From positions 1,600,001 through 1,664,000 of the forward strand of contig CAXXDV010000001.1 in NCBI GenBank assembly GCA_963674745.2: a DNA stretch of 64,000 nucleotides, in the 5' to 3' direction. Below the pieces are notes generated by a model. It ran no database searches and had not been told where the DNA came from. It saw nothing but the letters and a program-made list of their open reading frames with translations. The position numbers were made by a program, and so were the translations under genes. The DNA is from Desulfosudaceae bacterium (GTDB lineage: Bacteria; Desulfobacterota; Desulfobacteria; Desulfobacterales; Desulfosudaceae). This document shows positions 40,688 to 50,680 of the stretch, in pieces (within the stretch, counting starts at the first letter, position 1; the number at the start of each line of letters is the position of its first letter).

Positions 40688-43600
40688 CTACCGTGCCTCC
40701 GCAGAAATTCCGGCTTCCGGAACAGACATTTGAGTCGATTTCTTTTTTCCGAAAAGCTTCACCACCGTTACATAAAAAAGCGGGATAAAGAAAATCGCCA
40801 GAAAGGTTGCCGTCAGCATACCACCCAGAACACCGGTGCCGATGGCGGTTTGCGCGCCGGCACCGGCGCCGGTGGCCATCGCCAGCGGCAGGACACCGAA
40901 ACCAAAGGCCATGGATGTCATGACTATGGGCCGTAGTCTCAATCTGGCGCCTTCCAGTGTCGCTTCCACCAGCCCCATACCGGATTTGACCCGATGCATG
41001 GCGAACTGGACGATCAGGATGGCGTTTTTGGTGGTCAACCCCAGAACCGTCAGCATACCGATTTGAAAATAGACATCATTGGGAAAGCCCCTGATCATGG
41101 ATGCCGCTACCCCGCCGATGACCCCCAGCGGCAGGGCCAGCATGATGGAGATAGGGACGGTCCAGCTTTCATACAGGGCCGCCAGGCAGAGAAAAATGAC
41201 GATCATGGAAAAAGCGTACAGCAAACCGGTCTGGGACTTGGCCATACGCTCCTGGTAGGAAATACCGCTCCAGTCATAACCGATGTCTTTAGGCAGCCTG
41301 GAAACAAAGTCCTCCATAATGGCCATGGCCTCACCGGTGCTTCTGCCCGGGGCGGCTTCACCCTGGATGTTCATGGATGGAAAGGAGTTGAATCGTTCCA
41401 GTCGCGGGGAGCCGTAGCTCCAGGACCCGGATGCAAAGGCCGTAAACGGCGTCATCTCTCCGGCTGTATTGCGCACATAAAGACGGTCGATGTCCGAGGG
41501 CAGCATGCGTTTGGGGGCGTCGGCCTGGACAAAAACTTTTTTGACCCGGCCGCCCTGGATAAAATCATTGACATAAGATCCGCCAAAGGCGGCGGAAATG
41601 GTATGGTTTATGGCGTCGATGGGCACGCCCAGCACACCGGCCCGCTCCCAGTCCACGTTCACCCGGTATTCGGGTACATCGGCCATACCGTTGGGCCGGA
41701 CCCGCGTCAGCCGTTTGTCGGCCCATGCCATGCCCAGCAGCTGGTTGCGGGCGTTCATCAGGGCGGCATGACCCAGACCGCCGCGGTCTTGAAGCTGGAA
41801 ATCAAAGCCATTGGCCATGCCCAGTTCCACCACCGCCGGCGGGGCAAACGCAAAAATCCGGGCATTCCGGATTTGCGCAAAGCGGCCCATGGCCCGCTCA
41901 ACCAGGGCTTTGACTTTGAGTTCCGGGCGATCCCGCAAATCCCAGTCCTTTAACCGGATAAATCCCAGTCCCATGTTCTGGGCCACTCCTGCAAAACCTC
42001 GCCCCACCAGGGTAAGGGCAGAGTCTACGGCCTCTTTTTCATCCTCCATCAGGTAGGCGCGAATTTCGTCCATCACCTTTTCGGTCTGCTCCATCGTTGA
42101 ACCGGTGGGCAGTTCGGCCTGAATCATCATCATGCCCTGGTCCTCGTCCGGCAGGTAGGCCGTGGGCATTTTCCCGAACAGGTAAAACAGCCCGCCGACA
42201 ATCAGCAGATAAATGATGAAAAAACTGATTTTATGGTTCAGGATGCCGCCGACCATGTTCCGGTAACCATCCCGGATCCGGTTAAAATTCCGGTTAAACC
42301 ATCTGAAAAAGGGCTGGAACATCCGGAACCCGACATCCGAAACAGCATGCCCTTTGCCCACGGGTTTGAGCAGGGAGGCGCACAGCACCGGCGTCAGAAT
42401 CAGCGCCACCAGCACCGAAAGCAGCATGGCCGAAATCAGGGTAACGGAAAACTGGCGGTAGATCACACCGGTAGAACCCCCGAAAAACGCCATAGGACCG
42501 AATACCGCCGCCAGCACCAGTCCGATACCGATCAGGGCGCTGGTAATTTCTTCCATGGATTTTGCGGTGGCCTCTCGGGGGCCAAGCCCTTCGTCCTGCA
42601 TGACCCGCTCCACGTTTTCCACCACCACGATGGCGTCATCCACCAGCAGGCCGATGGCCAGTACCATGGCGAACATGGTCAGCATATTGATGGAGTAATT
42701 AAAAAGTCCCAGAACGGCAAAAGTGCCCAAAATAACCACCGGCACCGCCAGGGTGGGGATCAGGGTGGCCCGGAAATTCCCCAGGAAAAGAAACATCACC
42801 AGAAACACCAGGATGATGGCTTCAAAAAGGGTCTTGACCACTTCCTCGATGGCCACCCGCACAAAAGGGGTGGTGTCATAAGGATAGATAACCTTCATGC
42901 CGGGGGGAAAGTAATTGGACAGCTCAACCATTTTTTCCCGGACCGCGTCCGCTGTTTTTAAAGCATTGGCGCCGGCGGCCAGGCGAACGGCCATGGCTGC
43001 CGTGGGGTTTCCGTTATTTAACGCGTCGGTATCGTACCGCTCGGCCCCAAGCTCGGTCCATCCCACGTCTTTTACACGGATAATGGAACCGTCGGGGCGG
43101 ATGCGGATGGGAACTTCGGCAAATTCTTCAGGTGTTTCCAGCATATTCTGGACGATGATGGTGGTGTTCAGGCGCTGGCCCTCAACCGCGGGCAAACCGC
43201 CGAACTGGCCGGCCGAAACCTCGGCATTATAACGCTTCAGGCTGGAGATAACATCGGAGATCGTGAGTTGGTAATCGGTGAGTTTGTCCGGATCCAGCCA
43301 GATGCGCATGGCATACTGAGTACCGAAGCTGTTTACCTCTCCCACCCCGGGGACCCGGGCCAGAACTGTTTCCAGCTTGGACTGGGCGTAATCCCGCAGG
43401 TCGTCTCCGTTCATGCTGCCGTCTTCCGAGATCAGGCCCACGATCATCAGCCAGTTACGGGTGGACTTGCTTACTTTGACACCCTGGCGCTGGATCACAT
43501 CCGGCAGGCTGGACATGGCCAGATTCAGTTTGTTTTGCACCTCGGTCCAGGCTTGGTCCGGGTCGGTGCCCGGCGCAAAGGTGAGTTCCAGGCGCCCGGC

Positions 43601-43864
43601 ACCCGAAGAATCGCTGACGGCGGTCATATACAAAAGCTTGTCAAAACCCGTCATTTTTTGTTCGATGATCTGGACGACGCTGTTTTCTACCGTTTCCGCT
43701 GAAGCGCCGGGGTAAAAGGCGTCAATCGCAATGGTCGGCGGGGCGATCGGCGGGTACTGCGAGATCGGCAGGTTGTAAATGGCCAATGCCCCCACGATCA
43801 TCATGATAATGGCGATTACCCAGGCAAAAACCGGACGGTCGAGAAAAAATTTTGAAAGCATCAC
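40688..43864 (-). CDS. RND efflux permease (AcrB/MexB family)
   Basis: FLDRPVFAWVIAI, LPISQYP, GLLVDDAIVVVENVER, KNAILIV, RLRPIVMTS. Confidence 0.97.
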   Translation of the reverse strand: MMLSKFFLDRPVFAWVIAIIMMIVGALAIYNLPISQYPPIAPPTIAIDAFYPGASAETVENSVVQIIEQKMTGFDKLLYMTAVSDSSGAGRLELTFAPGTDPDQAWTEVQNKLNLAMSSLPDVIQRQGVKVSKSTRNWLMIVGLISEDGSMNGDDLRDYAQSKLETVLARVPGVGEVNSFGTQYAMRIWLDPDKLTDYQLTISDVISSLKRYNAEVSAGQFGGLPAVEGQRLNTTIIVQNMLETPEEFAEVPIRIRPDGSIIRVKDVGWTELGAERYDTDALNNGNPTAAMAVRLAAGANALKTADAVREKMVELSNYFPPGMKVIYPYDTTPFVRVAIEEVVKTLFEAIILVFLVMFLFLGNFRATLIPTLAVPVVILGTFAVLGLFNYSINMLTMFAMVLAIGLLVDDAIVVVENVERVMQDEGLGPREATAKSMEEITSALIGIGLVLAAVFGPMAFFGGSTGVIYRQFSVTLISAMLLSVLVALILTPVLCASLLKPVGKGHAVSDVGFRMFQPFFRWFNRNFNRIRDGYRNMVGGILNHKISFFIIYLLIVGGLFYLFGKMPTAYLPDEDQGMMMIQAELPTGSTMEQTEKVMDEIRAYLMEDEKEAVDSALTLVGRGFAGVAQNMGLGFIRLKDWDLRDRPELKVKALVERAMGRFAQIRNARIFAFAPPAVVELGMANGFDFQLQDRGGLGHAALMNARNQLLGMAWADKRLTRVRPNGMADVPEYRVNVDWERAGVLGVPIDAINHTISAAFGGSYVNDFIQGGRVKKVFVQADAPKRMLPSDIDRLYVRNTAGEMTPFTAFASGSWSYGSPRLERFNSFPSMNIQGEAAPGRSTGEAMAIMEDFVSRLPKDIGYDWSGISYQERMAKSQTGLLYAFSMIVIFLCLAALYESWTVPISIMLALPLGVIGGVAASMIRGFPNDVYFQIGMLTVLGLTTKNAILIVQFAMHRVKSGMGLVEATLEGARLRLRPIVMTSMAFGFGVLPLAMATGAGAGAQTAIGTGVLGGMLTATFLAIFFIPLFYVTVVKLFGKKKSTQMSVPEAGISAEAR

Positions 43865-45063
43865 TCGCCTCCGTCTTCGGCTTTTTCAGGTGCCGGCGCG
43901 GCGGACCCCATGGGAACGGCCTTGACCTGAGCCCCCGGTCTGAGATTCAGCCGGCCTTCCACAATGACCCGGTCTCCGGCGGACAGGCCATCCATGACCA
44001 GCCACCGGTCTCCCAGCGCCCGATCCAGTTTCAGGAGCCGTTGTTGAACCGTGCCGGTTTCATCCACCACCAGGGCGAATGCTTCGCCCTTGGGGTTGCG
44101 GCTGACGCCTTCCTGGGGCGCCAGAATGGCGTCGGTAAGAAGGCCTTCTGAGATCACCGCCCGGGCGTACATGCCGGGCAAAAGAAGTAAGTCCGGGTTC
44201 GGCACCACGATGCGCATGGTGTAGGAACCGGTGGCCGGGTCGACGGTCACATCCCGGAATTGCAGCTTGCCTTCAATCGGATAGGGGGTTCCGTCTTCCA
44301 GAATTATGGCTGCCTTTTTGGCGTCCTGGCTGTCCGGGCTGATGCGGCCGGTTTCCAGCCCCCGTTTTAGACGAAGCAGTTCGGCCGAAGACTGGGTGAC
44401 ATCCACATAAATCGGATCCAGCTGCTGGATGGTCGCCAGGGCCATGGGCTGATAAGCCGTTACCATTGCCCCGTCGGTCACGCTGGATTTGCCGATACGG
44501 CCGGAAATCGGTGCCGTGACCCGGGTGTACGCCAGGTTGATACGAGCGGTTTCCACCACCGCCTGCCAATACTGAATCTGGGCCAGCGCCTTGCTAACGG
44601 CCGCGGCCGCGTCATCATAGTCCTGCTGGCTGACAGCCTTGTCGTCAAGCAGTTCCCGGTATCGTTCGGCACGGGCCTTTGTAGACGGCAGGTTGGCTTC
44701 GGCTACGGCCAGAGACGCCAGGGCGGAATCCAGGGCCGCCTGAAACTGGGCCGGGTCGATCTGATAAAGTGGCTGGCCGGCTTTGACCTCCGAGCCTTCC
44801 CGGAACTGTCGTTTGAGTATGATTCCGCTTACCTGTGGTCTGACTTCCGCTATCAGGTAAGCGGATGTGCGGCCCGGCAGTTCACTGGTCAATTCAACCT
44901 TTTGCGAGGCGATGGTCTCGACACCCACTTCCGGAACACGTGCGGCCGCCATATCCTGTTTTTCGCTCTCTTTCTGGCAGCCGGTCAGCCCTGATAAAGC
45001 GGCCAGAATCACCAGAGGCCATATCCACTTGAAGGGTTTAAGGTCATTTTTATTAAAGCGCAT
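43861..45063 (-). CDS. RND efflux periplasmic adaptor (AcrA/MexA family)
   Basis: Lipobox LTGC, ELPGRT, EVRPQVSGII, APISGRIG; GGGAG RBS before ATG 45063. Confidence 0.95.
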   Translation of the reverse strand: MRFNKNDLKPFKWIWPLVILAALSGLTGCQKESEKQDMAAARVPEVGVETIASQKVELTSELPGRTSAYLIAEVRPQVSGIILKRQFREGSEVKAGQPLYQIDPAQFQAALDSALASLAVAEANLPSTKARAERYRELLDDKAVSQQDYDDAAAAVSKALAQIQYWQAVVETARINLAYTRVTAPISGRIGKSSVTDGAMVTAYQPMALATIQQLDPIYVDVTQSSAELLRLKRGLETGRISPDSQDAKKAAIILEDGTPYPIEGKLQFRDVTVDPATGSYTMRIVVPNPDLLLLPGMYARAVISEGLLTDAILAPQEGVSRNPKGEAFALVVDETGTVQQRLLKLDRALGDRWLVMDGLSAGDRVIVEGRLNLRPGAQVKAVPMGSAAPAPEKAEDGGE

Positions 45064-45114
45064 CAAAATCTCCCACATTACGATAATAAATGTTGTCCAT
45101 GTCAGTCGCATGAT

Positions 45115-45747
45115 TTATTGCGGGCTGAGCAGGGGGTTTAAAAATATATCCAGAATAACGTCCGGGTCCTCGGGAAAAGGGTTGCGTTCAGGTGACTCAA
45201 GCCAGCGCAGCAGAAAGCCGTCAATAACGCTGTCCAGGGCCACGGCCAGGGCATGCGGGTCGGCAATTTTTTGAAACAGACCGCTTTTTATCCCGTTTCC
45301 AAAAACAAGTGCCAATTGCTCCAGAAATGCGTCCATCCGCTTTCGTAAGGCGTCATCCAGACCGGCCTTGGAATTGTAGCTCGCCCCTTTGCTTTCGGCC
45401 AGAAAGAGGCGGACAAAGGGCAGATTGCTCCGGAACATATCGACGTGGAGACGAACAAAATTTCTTAGTTTTTCGATTTCGTCACCGGGCCCTTCCAAAG
45501 CATCCAGAAAAGCCGCTTCAAAACGGTCGCACTGCTCAATCACCAGGTCTCTATACAGACATTCCTTGTTCTGGAAAAACTTATACAGGGTGCCGATGGC
45601 AAATTCCGAAGCCTCGGCGATTTCCTGCATGGATACACTGTGGTATCCTTTTTCAGAAAAAAGACTCAGTGCGGCTTCGAGTATCTCCTGTCGCTGCCTC
45701 AGTTTTTCTCTTTCCCGTCTTGAAGGCTTTTCGGTTTTCGTTGTCAC
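45115..45747 (-). CDS. TetR/AcrR-family transcriptional regulator
   Basis: ILEAALSLFSEKGY..SMQEIA....GTLYKFF.NKE; probable GTG start 45747 after GGAGAGG. Confidence 0.92.
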   Translation of the reverse strand: MTTKTEKPSRREREKLRQRQEILEAALSLFSEKGYHSVSMQEIAEASEFAIGTLYKFFQNKECLYRDLVIEQCDRFEAAFLDALEGPGDEIEKLRNFVRLHVDMFRSNLPFVRLFLAESKGASYNSKAGLDDALRKRMDAFLEQLALVFGNGIKSGLFQKIADPHALAVALDSVIDGFLLRWLESPERNPFPEDPDVILDIFLNPLLSPQ

Positions 45748-45790
45748 AGGGCCTCTCCGGCCGGCGCCTTGGATGCTGTCCGGCTGGATG

Positions 45791-45853
45791 TGAATATTGG
45801 ATTCAAAAAATGAATAAAAATTCAAATTATAAAATCGTTCTTCATAAAGTCAA
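45791..45853 (-). promoter_or_regulatory. Sigma70 promoter with two TGAAT..ATTCA operator-like inverted repeats
   Basis: Minus strand TTGACT(45853-45848)-16 nt-TATAAT(45831-45826); IRs at 45791-45805 and 45811-45824. Confidence 0.65.
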
Positions 45854-46058
45854 GGAGAAACTATCCGGCCTTCTTTGCCGTTGCTTTTGAACCAAAACTT
45901 GCTCAACCCCTGTCGTTTCCTGTCGGATCTGGAAGCGCCTGTCGGAAGTGGCAATTATTAACGAATCATAATTTCCTATGGTTAGAGAAAAATAACGCTG
46001 TCGCAAGGGCATCGACCGGGGGCTGGCTGCTAAATTCTACTTATACACTATGGAAATC

Positions 46059-46087
46059 TTGACGATTGTTAAAGTTAAACGTATAAT
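46059..46087 (+). promoter_or_regulatory. Sigma70 promoter of the candidate selenoprotein gene
   Basis: TTGACG-17 nt-TATAAT; leader hairpin GATTACATA..TATGTAATC at 46126-46151. Confidence 0.7.
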
Positions 46088-46225
46088 ATAAAAATTTGTT
46101 GTTCCGGCTTTGGGCAGGCCTTCAGGATTACATAAATGTTTGTATGTAATCGGATGTTGACATCATGAGTGTAGCAAGGTTTAATCCTCGCCGGTGCCAA
46201 GTTACTTAACAGAGGAGGAAAATAC

Positions 46226-47245
46226 ATGTCTGTAAAACGTTTTCTGCAAACCCATCTGAAACATTTCGCCTGTTACACGATTCTGCTTCTGGCATGCGCC
46301 TTGTTGGTTATGCCGGACTCTGCAAAGGCTGCTTGAGGAAACCCTAGGCTGACCGTGAATGTCAGCCCGGCCGAAGGCGGTGATGTTACCTCACCGCAAT
46401 TCGATACTCCTGATGGATATCCGGTTAATTTTACTTGCAGTGTTGATTATGTCCTTACAGCAGAACCAGAGGCCGCTTACGTGTTTAAAAATTGGGTCAT
46501 TAATGGTATGACGTCAACCGTGAACCCCTTATCAATAACTGTTGCCGACGGTGAAAAATCCGTAACAGCGGTTTTCCGAATTCCGGGAACCGAAAATAAC
46601 CCGCCGACGGCGGATGCGGGGGCTGATCAAACCGTCATCGAAAAGCAAGAGGTAACACTGGATGGCTCTGGTTCTTTTGATCCGGATGGTAAAATTAGCA
46701 GCTATCTCTGGGAGCAGATCGGCGGCGCCATTGTTAGTTTGTCCAATGACAAAGCTGTTTCGCCGAAGTTTACAGCCATGGAAATCCTCTCTGATACAGA
46801 AACCGAGGTTCTGACATTTAGATTGACGGTTGAAGATTTTGACGGCGCAACCGATATTGATACGGTTACGATTACTGTCAGAGACTCCGGCAATGATCCG
46901 CCGGTGGCCGATGCCGGGGAGGACCAGACGGTTATTCAGCGATATGTCGTGACGCTGGATGGGTCCGGGTCGACAGACCCAAACGGAGTAGATGATATCG
47001 CCAGTTATTTTTGGGAGCAGACAGAAGGTATTGCCGTCGCCTTGTCCGATACGACTGCGGTCAAACCGACCTTTACGGCTCCGGATGTTTTTGATTCCGA
47101 CCAACCGGAAAAATTGGTGTTTATGCTGACAGTGGGGGATACCGCAGACGACACTTCGGAGGATTATGTTACCATAACCGTCGAGCGCGGTCCTATCGGC
47201 GGTGACAGCAGCAACGCCGGATGTTTCGTTGGAACCATGAGGTGA
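46226..47245 (+). CDS. Secreted InlB-B-repeat-like plus 2x PKD-like protein, candidate selenoprotein (in-frame TGA at codon 37)
   Basis: GAGGAGG RBS, ATG 46226, signal peptide ..MPDSAKAA, TGA 46334-46336, then GNPRLTVNVSP in frame with ORF 46355-47245; PTADAG.DQTV..LDGSGS.DPDG repeats; ends GCFVGTMR. Confidence 0.8.
46334..46370 (+). promoter_or_regulatory. Putative bacterial SECIS element
   Basis: TGA-GGAAACCCTA-GGCTGAC-CGTGAAT-GTCAGCC: perfect 7-bp stem beginning 11 nt after UGA, G at loop position 2. Confidence 0.65.
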
Positions 47246-47572
47246 GGATTTTATCTTTTTTTGCCGTTTATGGCCTGACTTCAGGGATATCTCCGGCCTG
47301 TGACGGGATCGTCACGGGCCGGTCAATCCTTGTGGCCTTTTTTCACAAACCGGTTTCGGCCGGGATGCCCTTCCTCGGTTTTTTTCGCGGTCTGATACGC
47401 GTCCATTATTTTTTTTCAAAAAAAACACAATGGTATTTGCAATCCTGGGTAACGTGCGATAGAATTTTTTGACACACATCTCCTGCCGGGCCGGTAATTT
47501 TTTGCCTGCCGCCAGAGGTGGAAAAAGGGGAGCGCAACACAACGAAAGACGTCGGCAAGAGGAGGGAAAGAT

Positions 47573-48592
47573 ATGGGCCATAAACCTTTTTTGATAAGCA
47601 GCCTGGGGTTTTTTCAATGCGTTTTTGTGCTTCTGGCCGGACTTGTTTTGATGCTGCCCGGCCATGCTGAAGCAGCTTGTCAATGTGAACTTCACGTCAG
47701 GGTCAACCCTGCAGGAAGCGGAAATATTACCTCCCCCCAGTTTCCGACCAACCCGACCAGATATCCGTCAGTTTTTGTCTCAAGTAACCAGTACAGGCTA
47801 ACAGCTGTTCCGCAGGAAGGGTATGTGTTCGTAAATTGGGAGGTGAATTACACGACCAACCCCAACAACCCGATTAATGTATCAATAGAAACTGAAGGGC
47901 AAAAAACCGTTACGGCTTTTTTTCAAAGAGCTGAGGAAATTCCGAACCTTCCTCCAACCGCTGACGCCGGTCAGGACCAATCCGTCATTGAAGGTGAGTT
48001 GGCAACACTGGACGGCTCCGGTTCTGTTGATCCGGATGACGGTATAAGCAGTTATTTCTGGCAGCAGATTGCAGGCGTTGACGTGACGCTTTCCGACCCA
48101 TCAGCCATAAACCCCGGGTTCACGGCTCCGCCGGTATCGTCGAATCCGTTAACATTAAAATTTCGCCTGACCGTTGAAGACAATAGCGGTGCGGTTGATA
48201 TTGATGATGTTACCGTTACCGCTTTAGAGGCAGACAATGTGCCGCCGACTGCTGATGCGGGTGACAATCAGACCGTTACCCAGAGAAGCATGGTAACATT
48301 GGATGCTTCCGGTTCTTTTGATGCCAATGGAAACGATGATATAAAAACGTATTTTTGGGAACAAACCATGGGCACCAGGGTGCCCCTGTCAGACAACACG
48401 GCCGTTAAGCCGACTTTCAGGGCGCCTGAAATATCCTTTGGGGACACCCTGTCACTGGAATTTCGGCTGACATTGGAGGATGCTCTCGGCACTAAGGCTC
48501 AAGACAGGGTCCAGGTCGTTGTCGTTCCAGACGCCGTCAGTGGCGGCAGTGGAGGCAGTTCGGGTTGTTTTATTTCCAGTGTCGTCCATTAA
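47573..48592 (+). CDS. Secreted InlB-B-repeat-like plus 2x PKD-like protein, Cys paralogue of 46226-47245
   Basis: GGAGG RBS; signal peptide ..HAEAA then CQC; LTAVPQEGYVFVNW; two PTADAG.DQ.V..LD.SGS.D units; ends GGSSGCFISSVVH; also 339 aa. Confidence 0.9.
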   Translation: MGHKPFLISSLGFFQCVFVLLAGLVLMLPGHAEAACQCELHVRVNPAGSGNITSPQFPTNPTRYPSVFVSSNQYRLTAVPQEGYVFVNWEVNYTTNPNNPINVSIETEGQKTVTAFFQRAEEIPNLPPTADAGQDQSVIEGELATLDGSGSVDPDDGISSYFWQQIAGVDVTLSDPSAINPGFTAPPVSSNPLTLKFRLTVEDNSGAVDIDDVTVTALEADNVPPTADAGDNQTVTQRSMVTLDASGSFDANGNDDIKTYFWEQTMGTRVPLSDNTAVKPTFRAPEISFGDTLSLEFRLTLEDALGTKAQDRVQVVVVPDAVSGGSGGSSGCFISSVVH

Positions 48593-48735
48593 GACAACGG
48601 GTTACCCCGTATCACCGGCTAATTAATGTCGACCTGTTTGTAAAATAGCCGCTCGATTTATCCCAAAAACGGAAGTAAAAGGGGACGGTTAATCAAAGCT
48701 GTCTGAATGGCTGTTTTTTCAAAAGATTTTTGTCC

Positions 48736-50085
48736 ATGAAAAAAACCGTAAAAACCCGCCCGGCCATAATAGCGCGCAGCAAAAGTTTTATTGAAACAGA
48801 GATCTGGAGACTCCGCCTCAAGGATATAGAGGGGAAAAAAGGGGCGTCGGTCAAAAGTTTAAGAATTCTGCTCATCGCGATAAAAGAGTTTATTGCTGAT
48901 CAATGCGCTTTGCGTGCGTCCGCACTGACGTTATATTCGCTTCTTTCCATTGTTCCGGTTATCGCTATGGCCTTTGCCATCGCCAAGGGCTTCGGGGTCC
49001 AGAATATGCTGGAAAAAGAACTGCTGGGGCAATTTGCCGGACAGGAGGAGGTGCTTAACAAAATAATCGAATATGCCCGCACGCTTCTGGAGCAGACCAA
49101 GGGCGGATTGTTGGCCGGCATCGGTGCCGCCACCCTGCTATGGTCGGTGCTCAAAGTAATGACCAATATCGAAAAATGTTTTAATGTGGTCTGGGCCAAC
49201 ACCACCCCCCGCGCGCTGGGAAAAAAGTTCAGTGACTATCTCTCCATTATTCTGGTAACCCCGCTGTTGCTGATTATGTCCGGCAGTGCCACGGTTCTGG
49301 TCGTCAGCGAAGTCACTACGATAACGGAAAAAATCGCGGTTTTGGGCTTTTTCAGCCCGATTATAATGTTGTTTTTAAAATTACTGCCTTACGTTGTTAT
49401 CTGGGTATTATTCACTTTTGTCTACGTGTTTATGCCCAACACCAAAGTTGCGGTCAAATCCGGCTTGATCGGTGGTATTATCGCCGGCACGGCCTTCAAA
49501 TTATTGCAATGGCTTTATATCTATTTTCAGGTCGGGGTGTCCCGCTACAATGCCATATACGGCAGTTTTGCCGCCCTGCCGCTGTTTTTGATCTGGTTGC
49601 AGCTGAGCTGGCTGATCGTCCTGTTCGGGGCCGAGCTGTCGTTCGCCCATCAGAATGTGGATGAATACGAACTGGAACCGGACAGCAGGAAAATCAGTGG
49701 CTTCCTAAGGAAGGTGATCAGTATGTCTGTTGCTCACCTTCTGGTTAAAACATTTCAGCAAGGCGAGAAACCGTTGAGCGGGGATCAGGTATCGGAAATC
49801 CTGGATATTCCGATCCGTCTGATAAAAGAGGTCCTTGATGCGCTTTCCGAAAGCGGCTTGATCACCCGAACAATTGATGAACAAGGAAAGGCCATCACCT
49901 GGCAACCGGCCAGGGACATCAACACGATCACCGTTGCCTCGGTTATTGAGACGCTGGAAAAGAGCGGCGTAAATGAGCTGCCGGTAGAACAAACACGGGA
50001 ATTCCGTCTTCTTTCTGATACCGTAACGGCCTGTTATGATGCCATTAGAACATCTCCGTCCAACATGGCGTTAAAAGACATCTGA
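48736..50085 (+). CDS. YihY/virulence factor BrkB family membrane protein with C-terminal winged-helix-like extension
   Basis: RASALTLYSLLSIVP, IE..FN.VW, Y.FMPN, YNAIYGSFAALP.FLIWL. Confidence 0.92.
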   Translation: MKKTVKTRPAIIARSKSFIETEIWRLRLKDIEGKKGASVKSLRILLIAIKEFIADQCALRASALTLYSLLSIVPVIAMAFAIAKGFGVQNMLEKELLGQFAGQEEVLNKIIEYARTLLEQTKGGLLAGIGAATLLWSVLKVMTNIEKCFNVVWANTTPRALGKKFSDYLSIILVTPLLLIMSGSATVLVVSEVTTITEKIAVLGFFSPIIMLFLKLLPYVVIWVLFTFVYVFMPNTKVAVKSGLIGGIIAGTAFKLLQWLYIYFQVGVSRYNAIYGSFAALPLFLIWLQLSWLIVLFGAELSFAHQNVDEYELEPDSRKISGFLRKVISMSVAHLLVKTFQQGEKPLSGDQVSEILDIPIRLIKEVLDALSESGLITRTIDEQGKAITWQPARDINTITVASVIETLEKSGVNELPVEQTREFRLLSDTVTACYDAIRTSPSNMALKDI

Positions 50086-50201
50086 AAAAACACTCCCCCC
50101 TCTTGACACCGTTTTCCTGATTATTATTATTTTTAATAAAGAAACCGGTGAACTTATAAGGCACCATTATAATAACTAAAAAGGAAAAAGGGGGTATTAC
50201 C

Positions 50202-50645
50202 ATGATTACTTTTCCGACTTTTGATCTGCGAAGTTCATTTGATGAACTTGACAGCGTGCGCCGGAGATTGGACACCCTTCTCGGCGCTGTTAAGCAGGGC
50301 GGCTACCGCCTTGCAGGAAGCGGCGTGTTTCCGTTAATCAATCTTACCGAAGATAAAGACAATTATTACTTAAGAGCGGAACTGCCCGGTGTTAAGGCGG
50401 ATGACCTGGATATTCATACCACACAGAATGATATCGTTCTTGCCGGTGAACGCAAACAGGCGGAACAGGGGGAAAACGTCCGCTTTCATCGGCGTGAACG
50501 GGATATGGGGCAGTTCTCCCGGGTTGTTAAACTGCCCGGTGAGATTGATAATGATAAAATTGAGGCCCAACTGGCTTTGGGTGTGTTGACCGTTACCATA
50601 CCCAAATCCGAGGTTGCCAAGCCCCGTCAGATTCAAATCAAATAA
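50202..50645 (+). CDS. Hsp20/alpha-crystallin small heat shock protein
   Basis: P.INL.E, AELPGV, GER, RRER..G.FSR...LP, GVLTVTIPK. Confidence 0.95.
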   Translation: MITFPTFDLRSSFDELDSVRRRLDTLLGAVKQGGYRLAGSGVFPLINLTEDKDNYYLRAELPGVKADDLDIHTTQNDIVLAGERKQAEQGENVRFHRRERDMGQFSRVVKLPGEIDNDKIEAQLALGVLTVTIPKSEVAKPRQIQIK

Positions 50646-50680
50646 ATTTTTGATTTTTAAAAGGAAAGGAGGCGGTTATC

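Noticed and set aside
46355..47245. ORF-track start at GTG 46355 as the real gene start
   Set aside because: No RBS or signal peptide; the in-frame upstream ATG 46226 has both and matches the paralogue's length
50086..50201. CIRCE or ROSE element before the hsp20 pair
   Set aside because: No TTAGCACTC-N9-GAGTGCTAA and no convincing thermometer hairpin seen
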